From: an uncultured Planctomycetaceae bacterium
GTDB lineage: Bacteria > Planctomycetota > Phycisphaerae > SM23-33
DNA: 64,000 bases
Reading direction: 5' to 3'
NCBI GenBank assembly: GCA_964401385.1
Contig: CAYNYF010000007.1
Location: 3,206-67,205, forward strand
Part shown: piece after piece, positions 27,260 through 36,110 of the stretch
How positions within the stretch are numbered: position 1 is the stretch's first letter
Layout of the letters: each line of letters begins with the position of its first letter
The notes under the pieces: model-generated
Seen by the model: the letters and a program-made list of their open reading frames with translations, nothing else
Database searches by the model: none
Told to the model about the DNA's origin: nothing
Translations under genes and position numbers: made by a program

Positions 27260-28696
27260 CTATCCGTTTACGACGTCCGCCGCTCCGGCGTCGACTTTCA
27301 CGATAAGGTCATAGTCGTCGAAGTCCACGACTTTCCCTTCGACAATCCTGCCGACAGGCGGGGCGGCGGCCCCCGAAGCCGGCCGATCAACCCCGGCCCC
27401 TGCCGGCCTGAGGATGCACAAGCTGTCCACCTCCGGGGCCTGCCCGGCGTGCCGCCCGACGCAGCGCCCGGCCGGGTCGATCCCGTCCACCAGCACCGCC
27501 ACCTTCGAGCCGACGCGGGCGGCGTTGGCGGCGAAGGCAATCTCCTGCTGCGCCTGCATCAGCAGCTCCCGCCGACGGGTCTTCACCTGCCGGCTGACTT
27601 GCCCACGCAGTCCGGCCGCCGTCGTGCCCGGCTCGGGCCAGTACGTGAACACGCCCATAGCCTCGAAACGGGCGGCCCTGACGAACTCCAGCAGTTCCTG
27701 GAACTGCCCGGGGCTCTCCTGCGGGAAGCCCACCAGGAAGGTCGTCCGCAGGCTGATCCCGGGGACGCGCCGGCGCAGGGTCGCCAGCAGGCTCTCGGCG
27801 CGCACCCGATCGTATCGCCGGCGCATCAGTTTCAGGATTTTGTCCGAGATGTGCTGGAGCGGCAGGTCGAGGTAGTTCACGATTCGCGGGCATTCGGCGA
27901 TGGCGTCGATGATCGGCTCGGTCAGCCTGCCGGCGTTGGCGTACATCAGCCGCAGCCAGCGCAGCCCCGGCAGCGCATCCAGTCGCCGCAGCAACGTTTC
28001 CAGGTTGGTTCCGTCGTCGAAGTCGCTGCCGTAAGCGGTCGTATTCTGGGCGATCAGAACGAGTTCAATGGCGCCGTCGGCGATCAGCTCGGCCGCCTCG
28101 TCGAGCACGATGTCCATCGGCTTGGACCGCAGCGGCCCGCGAATGCCGGGGATCGAGCAGAAGCTGCAACCGGTGCTGCAACCTTCGGCGATGCGGAGGT
28201 AGGCGGTGTGCCGGGGGGTGAGGCGCAGCCGACCGCGGTCGTCGGGGCAGTCTTTCCGGCCGATTCGGCCGACGCGGATGAAAGGGCTCTGCCGGGAGGT
28301 CACGGCCGAGACGATCTCGTCGCGATGGAACAGGCCGACGATCGCGTCGACCTCGGGGACGGCCGAAAGCAGCTTCCCACCCTCGCGCTGCGGCAGGCAG
28401 CCGGTCACCACCACCCGCCGGACGCGCCCCTGGCGCTTCTTCTCCAGGGCCTCCCGGATCGCCTCCATGGCCTCCTCCCGGGCCGGCGGGATGAAGGCGC
28501 AGGTGTTGATCAGGATGACGTCCGCCTGGTCGGTGGGCGCGCCGACCAGGCAGCCCGCCTCGGCCAGCAAGGCAAGCATCTTCTCACTGTCGATCAGCGC
28601 CTTGGGACAGCCCAAAGAGACCACCGCGATACGCAAGGGACCGCTCGCCGGCATGACCGCCATGATAAAGCTCAAAGCGAGACGGTAAAAGCCCAA
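27260..28696 (-). CDS. rimO: ribosomal protein S12 methylthiotransferase RimO (MiaB-family radical SAM plus TRAM)
   Basis: N-terminal MTTase Cys (GCPKA, NTCAF). Radical SAM CSTGCSFCSIP. C-terminal TRAM (GRIVEGKVVDFDDYDLIVKV). True start may be the internal Met at 28663. Confidence 0.8.
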   Translation of the reverse strand: MGFYRLALSFIMAVMPASGPLRIAVVSLGCPKALIDSEKMLALLAEAGCLVGAPTDQADVILINTCAFIPPAREEAMEAIREALEKKRQGRVRRVVVTGCLPQREGGKLLSAVPEVDAIVGLFHRDEIVSAVTSRQSPFIRVGRIGRKDCPDDRGRLRLTPRHTAYLRIAEGCSTGCSFCSIPGIRGPLRSKPMDIVLDEAAELIADGAIELVLIAQNTTAYGSDFDDGTNLETLLRRLDALPGLRWLRLMYANAGRLTEPIIDAIAECPRIVNYLDLPLQHISDKILKLMRRRYDRVRAESLLATLRRRVPGISLRTTFLVGFPQESPGQFQELLEFVRAARFEAMGVFTYWPEPGTTAAGLRGQVSRQVKTRRRELLMQAQQEIAFAANAARVGSKVAVLVDGIDPAGRCVGRHAGQAPEVDSLCILRPAGAGVDRPASGAAAPPVGRIVEGKVVDFDDYDLIVKVDAGAADVVNG

Positions 28697-28882
28697 ACCC
28701 GCGGGCCGCTCCGCCGACGGGCAGGCGGCTCTGGATAACCGGCGCCGGAACCATTACGATGGGGCCACAGGATCAGCGTTTCGGGCGCGCGGGCCCGGAG
28801 GTTTCGGGGCAGTTGCCACGGCGACCCGTCAGGAACTCGGCGGCCCGTGACGCCGAATCAGCAAGCGGAAGGGAACCGGATC

Positions 28883-30337
28883 ATGAAACTGCGACCCGTA
28901 TTGTATTGCCTGTTGGCTCATCTGGTGGCGCTGCCCGCGGCCGGGCACGCCCAGACGGCATACTACGCCGTCCTCATGGATGGCAAGAAGGTCGGCCACG
29001 GCACCCACAGCCGCATCGTCGCCGCCGGCAGGGTAACCACCACCGACGTCATGAAGATGACGCTGAGCAGAGCCGGCATGCCCCTGACCATTCGCCAGGA
29101 GGAAATCCACGTCGAAACCGTCGACGGCAAGCCGCTGAGCTTCAAGAGCGTCCAGGACATGGCCATCATGGCCATGGAAATCGCCGGGACCGTGGACAAG
29201 ACCGGCAAGTTGCACATCAAGATCTCCTCCGGCCAGAACAAACAGGAACGAACGATGGACTGGCCCGAGGGGGCGCTGATGAGCGAAGGCCTGCTCCGGC
29301 TACAGAAGGAAAAGGGCATGGCGGAGGGAACCAGCTACACCGTCAAGATGTTCGCCGGGGCGCTGCTGGGGTCGCTGACGGGCCAGGTGCAAGTCGGCCC
29401 GACGCAGGACGTGGACCTGCTCGGGCGCGTCGTGAAGCTCACGGAGGTCAAGACGATCATCCAGGCGCCCACCGGCCAGATGACCTCCACCAGTTACGTG
29501 AACAAGGACTACAAAGCCTTGAAGACGGTCGTGCCCGTTGTCGGCATGAAGGTCGAAGTGATCGCCTGTAGCAAGCAGGCCGCCCTGAGCAAGCCGGAGG
29601 CCTTCGAGGCGTTCGACAAGCTGACGCTGGCCAGCCCCGTCCCGCTGAAGGACGTGCGGTCGGCCAAGTCGATCACCTACCACCTGGCCCCGATCGGCGG
29701 AAAGAAGATCTCCCTGCCCGCCACCGACAGCCAGACGGTTCGGCCGGGGGAGAACGGGACGCTGATCGTGACCGTCCGCTCGATCGCGGCGCCGGCGGGG
29801 TCGAAGTTCCCATACAAGGGCAGCGACGAGGCCGCCCTGGAAGCGCTCAAGCCGACGCGGTTCCTGCAAAGCGACAACCGGAAGGTCATCGCTCTGAGCC
29901 GCAAGGCCGTCGGCGACGCCACCGACGCCGCCGAGGCCGTCAAGCGGATCGAGACCTTCGTCCGCAAATACGTCAGCAAGAAGAGCCTTTCCATCGGCTA
30001 CGCCACCGCCGCCGAGGTCGTCGAGAGCAAGCAGGGAGACTGCTCCGAGCACGCCGTCCTGCTGGCGGCCATGTGCCGGGCGCTGGGCATCCCCGCCCAG
30101 GTGGTCATGGGCATGGCGTACGTGGAGGAGTTCGGCGGGCTGCGGCACGTCTTCGGCGGGCACGCCTGGGCGCGGGCATTCGTCGGCGGAAAGTGGGTCG
30201 ATCTGGACGGGGCGATGAACGGCTTCGAGCCCGGACACATCACACTGGCCGTCGGCAACGGCAACCCGGAGAGCTTCTTCCAGATGCTCACCAGCCTGGG
30301 CTACTTCAGGATCGCCAAGGTCGAGGTCCGGAAATAG
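28883..30337 (+). CDS. secreted transglutaminase-like domain protein
   Basis: Signal peptide MKLRPVLYCLLAHLVALPAAGHA. C-terminal transglutaminase core with Cys (KQGDCSEHAVLLAAMCRALG), His and Asp (FGGHAWARAFVGGKWVDLD). Confidence 0.75.
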   Translation: MKLRPVLYCLLAHLVALPAAGHAQTAYYAVLMDGKKVGHGTHSRIVAAGRVTTTDVMKMTLSRAGMPLTIRQEEIHVETVDGKPLSFKSVQDMAIMAMEIAGTVDKTGKLHIKISSGQNKQERTMDWPEGALMSEGLLRLQKEKGMAEGTSYTVKMFAGALLGSLTGQVQVGPTQDVDLLGRVVKLTEVKTIIQAPTGQMTSTSYVNKDYKALKTVVPVVGMKVEVIACSKQAALSKPEAFEAFDKLTLASPVPLKDVRSAKSITYHLAPIGGKKISLPATDSQTVRPGENGTLIVTVRSIAAPAGSKFPYKGSDEAALEALKPTRFLQSDNRKVIALSRKAVGDATDAAEAVKRIETFVRKYVSKKSLSIGYATAAEVVESKQGDCSEHAVLLAAMCRALGIPAQVVMGMAYVEEFGGLRHVFGGHAWARAFVGGKWVDLDGAMNGFEPGHITLAVGNGNPESFFQMLTSLGYFRIAKVEVRK

Positions 30338-30436
30338 CGCCGGCGCAAGTCCGGGCGGCCCATCGAGATCGCGCCGTTCGGGCGGGGCGGGCGGAAAGTA
30401 TCGCCGCAGCCTGATAGACTTACATGAGGCAAGAGC

Positions 30437-31657
30437 GTGTTTGGGCTGCGGAGCCGCGGCATGGGCAGATTCGGCTGGCCAAAGGACGACGACGAGCTGC
30501 TGGCGCAACTCGCCGAGCAGCGCGGCCGCTACGAAAAACTGGTCAACAACATGTCCGACCTGCTGATGCTGATCGAGCCGGAGGGGGTGGTGTCCTTTTC
30601 CAACAAGGGCTCGCAGCTTCCGCCGCGGGCGGCGGCGTATCCGGGCGTGGGAACCCACGCGGCCGATTCCGTCGTCGAGGCCGACCGCCAGGCCGTCCTG
30701 GATGCCATGCAGGACGTGCTAAGCCGGCGCGCGGCGGTGAGGGAGCTGCTGTTCCGCATCCGCGACGGGGCCGGGGGCGAGAGGGTCATCGAGGGAAGGA
30801 TCACGCCCGTCGTCGAAGGCGGCGAAGTGGCCCAGCTTGAGTTTCTCGGGCGCGACGTGACCGAGCGCGAGCGGGCGGCCGAGGCCCTGCGGACGGCCAA
30901 CCAGGCGCTTCAGAAACGTCAGGCCGATCTCCAGCGCGACCTGAACGTCGCCGCCACCATCCACGCCTCGCTGCTGCCGGCGCCGCTTCTCACCGAGCGC
31001 ATCCTGATCGACCTGAAGCACGTCTCGCTCATCGGCGTCGGCGGGGACTACGTCTACATTCATCGCAAGGATCCGCTGCGGCCGGGATTGACCGTCTTCG
31101 ACGTCTCCGGCCACGGCGTCGGTTCGGCCCTGGTAGCCAGTCGGGTCCACTCGGCCGCGTACGCCATCATCAATCAGGGCGCCCCGCCCACAGAGATGAT
31201 CGAGAGGCTCAATCGTTTCATCTACCAGAGCTTCTCGGACCTGGGTATTTTCGTGACGCTGTTCGGCATGCAGTTCGACCTGCTGGCGGGCACGGTCTGC
31301 TACTGCGGCGCCGGGCATCCCCCCGCCCTGCTGCGGAAGGCCGGCACGGGCGAGATCGTCCAGCTCCGGAGCGCCCACCTGCCGATCGGGGTGGAGGCCA
31401 ACGTCTTCATGGGCGAGCCGATGAATCACGTGGACATCGCCCGCGGTGACACCCTCTGGCTCTACACCGACGGCCTGGTCGAGATGCGAAACCGGGCCGG
31501 CCAGATGCTGGGCACCAAGGGGCTGGTCGAACGACTGGCTTCCTTCCGCATCACCGACCCCAAGGCCGGCGTGGCCGAACGCTGCCTCCAGGAAATCCTC
31601 GACGAGCAGGATCCGCCCGAGGACGACGTCACCCTCGTGCTGGCGGCGATCAAATAG
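30437..31657 (+). CDS. PAS domain-containing PP2C/SpoIIE-family serine phosphatase (RsbU-like)
   Basis: N-terminal PAS-like segment. C-terminal PP2C motifs GVGGDYVYI, VFDVSGHGVGSALVAS and LYTDGLVE. Confidence 0.8.
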   Translation: MFGLRSRGMGRFGWPKDDDELLAQLAEQRGRYEKLVNNMSDLLMLIEPEGVVSFSNKGSQLPPRAAAYPGVGTHAADSVVEADRQAVLDAMQDVLSRRAAVRELLFRIRDGAGGERVIEGRITPVVEGGEVAQLEFLGRDVTERERAAEALRTANQALQKRQADLQRDLNVAATIHASLLPAPLLTERILIDLKHVSLIGVGGDYVYIHRKDPLRPGLTVFDVSGHGVGSALVASRVHSAAYAIINQGAPPTEMIERLNRFIYQSFSDLGIFVTLFGMQFDLLAGTVCYCGAGHPPALLRKAGTGEIVQLRSAHLPIGVEANVFMGEPMNHVDIARGDTLWLYTDGLVEMRNRAGQMLGTKGLVERLASFRITDPKAGVAERCLQEILDEQDPPEDDVTLVLAAIK

Positions 31658-31760
31658 CCGGCTCTTGCGGCGGCCGCGAGCCTGCCACGCCGCCGGCAAA
31701 GCGATCTCGGGGGATACCTGAAAAACCGGAAACAAACTCCGTCCTTACACGTCTGAATGC

Positions 31761-31780
31761 GGGAGAGTATAATCTACGCG
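31761..31780 (+). promoter_or_regulatory. candidate -10 promoter element GGGAGAGTATAATCTA about 80 bp upstream of paralog gene 1
   Basis: TATAAT hexamer at 31768-31773. Closely related 14-mer GGGAGTATAATCTA at 62455-62468 upstream of the DUF4160 gene. Confidence 0.3.
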
Positions 31781-31854
31781 CGCTGGGGAACCGGCCGGGC
31801 CGTGGTGCTGGGCAAATAACTTACGGCGAGGCCCCTGTAGAGGAAGGGCCGGCA

Positions 31855-33942
31855 ATGTGCAAGAGCTGTACGTTGAGGCTGCCGTCGCAATCCGCCGAGT
31901 CCGGGCGCACCTGCCCACGCCCGAAGCGCCGCATCCGCCGCGCCGGTCCGCTCCGAGGGTGGGCAGCGCTGGCGCTGCCGCTGCTGGCCGCCTCGGCGGC
32001 CCCGGCACAGCGCCCCGCGCGCAGCGCCCTGCACATCCCGCAGGGCAGGCGGGTCAACTTCACCACCTATCTCAACGACGGCGCCGGATACCGGTGGGAC
32101 ATTCAGTACTACCTCAGCATCGGGCAGGGCACCAACTACATCTATAGCGGCGGGCTGTACTGCCGCATCAGCGGCTCGAACGTCTCCTCCAACGGGCGCG
32201 GCTGGATGAACGCCGCCGGCGACGAAATCGAAATCGGACCCTACAACCGCAACAACTGCCAGATCTACCGTCGATGCAAGGTCTACCGCGATCGGGGGCT
32301 GGCCCGCTGGCTGGACATCTTCGTCAACACCACCGGCTCGGCCCAGACCATCCCCGTCGAGATCTACACTTCCGTCAACGGCAGCGTCTCGGGGGTCATC
32401 AGCTCCTCGGGAGCGGGCAGTTACTCCCCGAAGGACTGGGCCTTCATCACCGAGCACCAACGGGGCCGACCGTCCCTGCTGCACATCGTCTCCGGCCCGC
32501 GGAGCAAGCTGCGCCCGAGTGTTGTTACCCAGGGCTCCAGCATCCGGGTGCGCTATTCGCTGACCGTGCCCGCCCGCGGCACGGTGGTGCTGTGCTACTT
32601 CGAGGGCCAGGGCCGCACCACGGAGGAATTGAAGCGGCTCATGAAGAAGTTCCGCGCCTCCGAGGCCCTGAAAGACCTCTCCCCGGCCGTGCGAAAGCTG
32701 ATCGTTAACTTCCGCACGGGACAAGAGCTGGAAAACGTCGAGCTGGAGCGCAGCGGCACCTCGGACGTGGTCATTCTGAAAAACGGCGACGCCGTCTTCG
32801 GGCGCATGACCAACGAGGGATTCGTGCTGGAGGCCTTCTACGGCAGGCTGATTCTGCCGGCGGGCCAGGTGGTAGGCTTCGCCTGCGTTCCCGGTCAGGA
32901 GGAGCTGGTCCAGGCCGTTCTGGTCGGCGGGCAGGTACTCAGTGGCAAGCTGCAAGAGCGGCTGCTGCACTTCGCCCTGCCCACCGGCGGGGACTTGAAG
33001 ATCCCATTCTCCCGGATCAAGCAGTGCTCCTACCGCATCAGCAAGGAAAAGCCCGCGGAATGGTCGATGATCGACCCGCTGCTGCTGCTGCGAACGGGCG
33101 ACCGGCTGGCCTTCGACCCGGAGCTGCTGAAGTGCACCTTCCAGACCCGCCACGGCACCGTCCCGCTGGACAGCAAGCAGCTTCTGGAGGTCCGCCTTCA
33201 CCAGGGCGGGCACGGCGTCCACAGGGCGGTGTTCCTGAACGGCTCCAAGCTGGCCGGGCTGCTCGGTCCGGAGCAGATCATCCTGCCGCTCAAGCTCGGA
33301 CCGAAGCTGAACATCTCCCGCGACATGGTGCTTGGCATCCGCTTCGCCGCCGAGACCAAGGAAAACCCGGACCTCGCCTGCGCCAGGCTGTCCAACGAGG
33401 ACGAGCTGTACGGGCGGCTCTCGGACGAGGCGTACGTCGTGGTGACGGACTTCGGCACGGTGAACGTCAAGCCGAAGAACGTGGCCGCGATGAGCTTCGA
33501 CGAGGTGGACCCGACGCGGATAGCCATCACGCTGTGGGACGGCTCGAGGCTGCGCGGCCACATTCAACAGGAGGCGCTGCACTTCGAGATCGAGCCCGGT
33601 CCGGTGCTGGACCTGCACGTCGGGCAGATCGTCGCCCTAACCTCGCCGAGAGCCCTGCCGCCGGACGACGTCGTCAAGCGCGTCGAGAAGTACGTGGCCA
33701 TGCTGTCCGCGGCCAGCTACAAGGACCGCGAAGAGGCGCAGCGGCTGCTGGTGGAGATGGGCGGCAAGATCGTGCCGCTGCTGAAGAAATACCTCACCGA
33801 CGCCGACCCCGAGATCCGCCAGCGCATCACCGTGATCCTGGAGCGCATCGGGTCGGAGACGCCAGCCGGGTCCGCGGGCGGCCCGCTTCCGGGGGCATTT
33901 GGACCCCCGATGCCGGGCCCCCGCCAGGTCCTGCTGCGGTGA
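31855..33942 (+). CDS. secreted hypothetical protein, paralog 1 of tandem pair (C-terminal HEAT-like repeat)
   Basis: 695-aa ORF with signal-peptide-like N-terminus (WAALALPLLAASAAPA). Shares about 600 aa of collinear similarity with the next gene (YRWDI, EIEIGP..IYRR, RW.DIF.N, KDW..T, LC.FE.Q.R, L.NGD...G, LHRAVF.NGS.LAGLLG...LKLGP). Ends with LLKKYLTDADPEIRQRITVILERIG. Confidence 0.75.
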   Translation: MCKSCTLRLPSQSAESGRTCPRPKRRIRRAGPLRGWAALALPLLAASAAPAQRPARSALHIPQGRRVNFTTYLNDGAGYRWDIQYYLSIGQGTNYIYSGGLYCRISGSNVSSNGRGWMNAAGDEIEIGPYNRNNCQIYRRCKVYRDRGLARWLDIFVNTTGSAQTIPVEIYTSVNGSVSGVISSSGAGSYSPKDWAFITEHQRGRPSLLHIVSGPRSKLRPSVVTQGSSIRVRYSLTVPARGTVVLCYFEGQGRTTEELKRLMKKFRASEALKDLSPAVRKLIVNFRTGQELENVELERSGTSDVVILKNGDAVFGRMTNEGFVLEAFYGRLILPAGQVVGFACVPGQEELVQAVLVGGQVLSGKLQERLLHFALPTGGDLKIPFSRIKQCSYRISKEKPAEWSMIDPLLLLRTGDRLAFDPELLKCTFQTRHGTVPLDSKQLLEVRLHQGGHGVHRAVFLNGSKLAGLLGPEQIILPLKLGPKLNISRDMVLGIRFAAETKENPDLACARLSNEDELYGRLSDEAYVVVTDFGTVNVKPKNVAAMSFDEVDPTRIAITLWDGSRLRGHIQQEALHFEIEPGPVLDLHVGQIVALTSPRALPPDDVVKRVEKYVAMLSAASYKDREEAQRLLVEMGGKIVPLLKKYLTDADPEIRQRITVILERIGSETPAGSAGGPLPGAFGPPMPGPRQVLLR

Positions 33943-33998
33943 CCGATCTGCCGCCGCCAAAGCGCTGCGGGCTACAACAGGGAAGAATTGCAGAAACC

Positions 33999-36110
33999 AT
34001 GAAACCGACACCCGCACTGAGATTCGCCTTGGCCGTCGCCGTCGCTCTGACGGCGGCGATCGACCCGGCTTCAGGGCAGCGGCCCCCGATGAGCCGGCCG
34101 GCGGCAGCCATTGTAGCTGGCAGTCCTTCCGCCGGCGGCGGCATCCACATCGCCTCGGGGCGGACGACCTCCTTCATGTGGGTCCTGACCGACGCCTCCG
34201 GCTACCGCTGGGACATCTCCAGCAACGGCACCATCTCCGACGGCACCAGCGACGCCTACGACACCGGCATGCAATTGCAGGTCGACGGCGCCAGCTTTCC
34301 CGGCTACAGCACCGGCAAGCTCAGCCAGGACGGCGCCGAAGTCGAGATCGGACCCTGGAAACAAGCCGGACTGGCCATCTACCGCCGCGTCTGCATCAAC
34401 GTCCAGGCCGGCTACTGCCGCTGGATCGACATTTTCGAGAACAGCAGCTCGGACAAGGACGTGACGGCCTCCCTGAAGTACTACTTCAACATGGGCGAAT
34501 CCACCCGCCAGACGTACACCAGCTCCGGCGCGGCGGAGCTGACCGACAAGGACTGGGGCATCGTCACCGCGGGCTCCTCGAGAACTTCCTCGCGCCCGGC
34601 GATCGTGCACGTCTTCGGCTCGCCCGGGGCCAAGTTCAAACCGGCCTTCCAGTTCGACCGCAGCAACGACAACATTTACTATCACGCCAGTATAAAGGTC
34701 CCCGCCGGAAAGACCGTGGCCATATGCTTCTTCGAGGCCCAGAGACGGCCTTACGAATCGGCCGTGAAGTTTCTCAAGGACTTCAAGCCCAGGCGCGAAC
34801 TGGCGCTGGTTCCGGCGCCCCTGCGGAAAATCCTGCTGAACATGACCGGGGCGTCGCTGCTGCTGGGGGAGATCGAGCTGAAGCGCAGCGACAAGTACGA
34901 TCTGGTGAGCCTGCGCAACGGCGACGAGATCCGCGGGCAGATCACCACCGCCAAGTACGCGCTGCGGACCGGCTTCGGGGCGATCGAGGTTCCGGCGGGC
35001 GAGGTGATCGGGCTGGTGAGCCGCTCGGCCGAGAAGGACCTGGTCAAGCTGGTGCTGGCCGGCGGGCAGGTGGTCGCCGGGGAGCTGACCAACGGCCCGC
35101 TCGCCATCCGCCTGCCCGGGGGAACCGAGCTGAAGGTCCCGCCCAGGGGCATTCGCCAGGCGGCCTACAAGATCTCGGAGAAAAGGCCCGAGCAGGTGCG
35201 GACGACCGATTCGCTGGTGCTGCTGCGGCGGGGCGAGCGGCTGGCGTTCGACGACTCCGGGCTGCGCTTTGCGTTCCTGACCTCGCACGGGGCGCTGGAC
35301 CTGGCGGCGGAGGATCTATCCGCCATCGAAATGGACACACCCGGCGGCGGCCTGCACCGGGCCGTCTTCCGCAACGGCTCGCTGCTGGCGGGGCTGCTCG
35401 GGGCTGAGCGGATCGGCCTGAAGCTGAAGCTCGGGCCGTCGGCGGAGCTGCCCAGATGGCAGCTTGGGCGAATCCTCTTCGCCGCCGAGGAACTGGAGCC
35501 GGCGGGCCTGTCCAAGCTCACTCTCCGCAACGGCGACGTCCTGTACGGGACGTTCTCCGACAAGAAATGGGCCATCCAGACCAAGCTCGGCAAGGTGGAA
35601 GTGGTGCCGGCGGACGTTGCCTCCGGCCAGTCCAGCGCCAATTCCCTCGGACACGTCCAGCTCGTCCTTCGCACCGGCACCAAGATCGGGGGCAAGCTCG
35701 CCGACGACTACGTGGGCTTTCAGGTCAAGCCGGGTCCGGCCATGAAGATCTTCGTCGGCAAGATCGGCGCGTTCGTCGGCGCGGAGCCGGCAAAGCCCGC
35801 CACCTCTGAGGAAGCGACCTCCAGCCCCAGCACCCGGACGGGCGCTGCCGACGGCAGCTCCGAAGCGCCCGCCATCGCGGGCAAGGGGCTGCCCGAGCTG
35901 GAGAAACTGCTCAGAGACCGCACGGTGAGGATGGCAGCGACTCAAAGGGCGCTCGCCGAGGTGAAAGCGAAGCTGGCGGCCGTCAACGAAGCCGGCCTGC
36001 GGGAGCAGTTGGCCAAGCAGGCCGGATCGCTCATGGCAGAGCTGAACAAGCTCCAAGCGACTATCGCGCAGATCCGGAAGCAGAAGGCCGTTCTGACCCA
36101 GCGCGGTTAG
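33999..36110 (+). CDS. secreted hypothetical protein, paralog 2 of tandem pair (C-terminal coiled coil)
   Basis: Start at MKPTPALRFALAVAVALTAAIDPASG (signal peptide) inside ORF 33024..36110. Collinear homology with 31855..33942. C-terminal heptad-like region (LEKLLRDRTVRMAATQRALAEVKAKLAAVNEAGLREQLAKQ...). Confidence 0.75.
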   Translation: MKPTPALRFALAVAVALTAAIDPASGQRPPMSRPAAAIVAGSPSAGGGIHIASGRTTSFMWVLTDASGYRWDISSNGTISDGTSDAYDTGMQLQVDGASFPGYSTGKLSQDGAEVEIGPWKQAGLAIYRRVCINVQAGYCRWIDIFENSSSDKDVTASLKYYFNMGESTRQTYTSSGAAELTDKDWGIVTAGSSRTSSRPAIVHVFGSPGAKFKPAFQFDRSNDNIYYHASIKVPAGKTVAICFFEAQRRPYESAVKFLKDFKPRRELALVPAPLRKILLNMTGASLLLGEIELKRSDKYDLVSLRNGDEIRGQITTAKYALRTGFGAIEVPAGEVIGLVSRSAEKDLVKLVLAGGQVVAGELTNGPLAIRLPGGTELKVPPRGIRQAAYKISEKRPEQVRTTDSLVLLRRGERLAFDDSGLRFAFLTSHGALDLAAEDLSAIEMDTPGGGLHRAVFRNGSLLAGLLGAERIGLKLKLGPSAELPRWQLGRILFAAEELEPAGLSKLTLRNGDVLYGTFSDKKWAIQTKLGKVEVVPADVASGQSSANSLGHVQLVLRTGTKIGGKLADDYVGFQVKPGPAMKIFVGKIGAFVGAEPAKPATSEEATSSPSTRTGAADGSSEAPAIAGKGLPELEKLLRDRTVRMAATQRALAEVKAKLAAVNEAGLREQLAKQAGSLMAELNKLQATIAQIRKQKAVLTQRG

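Noticed and set aside
31774-35288. Antisense ORFs 31774..33618 (-) and 34071..35288 (-) opposite the paralog pair
   Set aside because: Biased composition. The sense-strand proteins show mutual homology, which is strong evidence for the plus frames.
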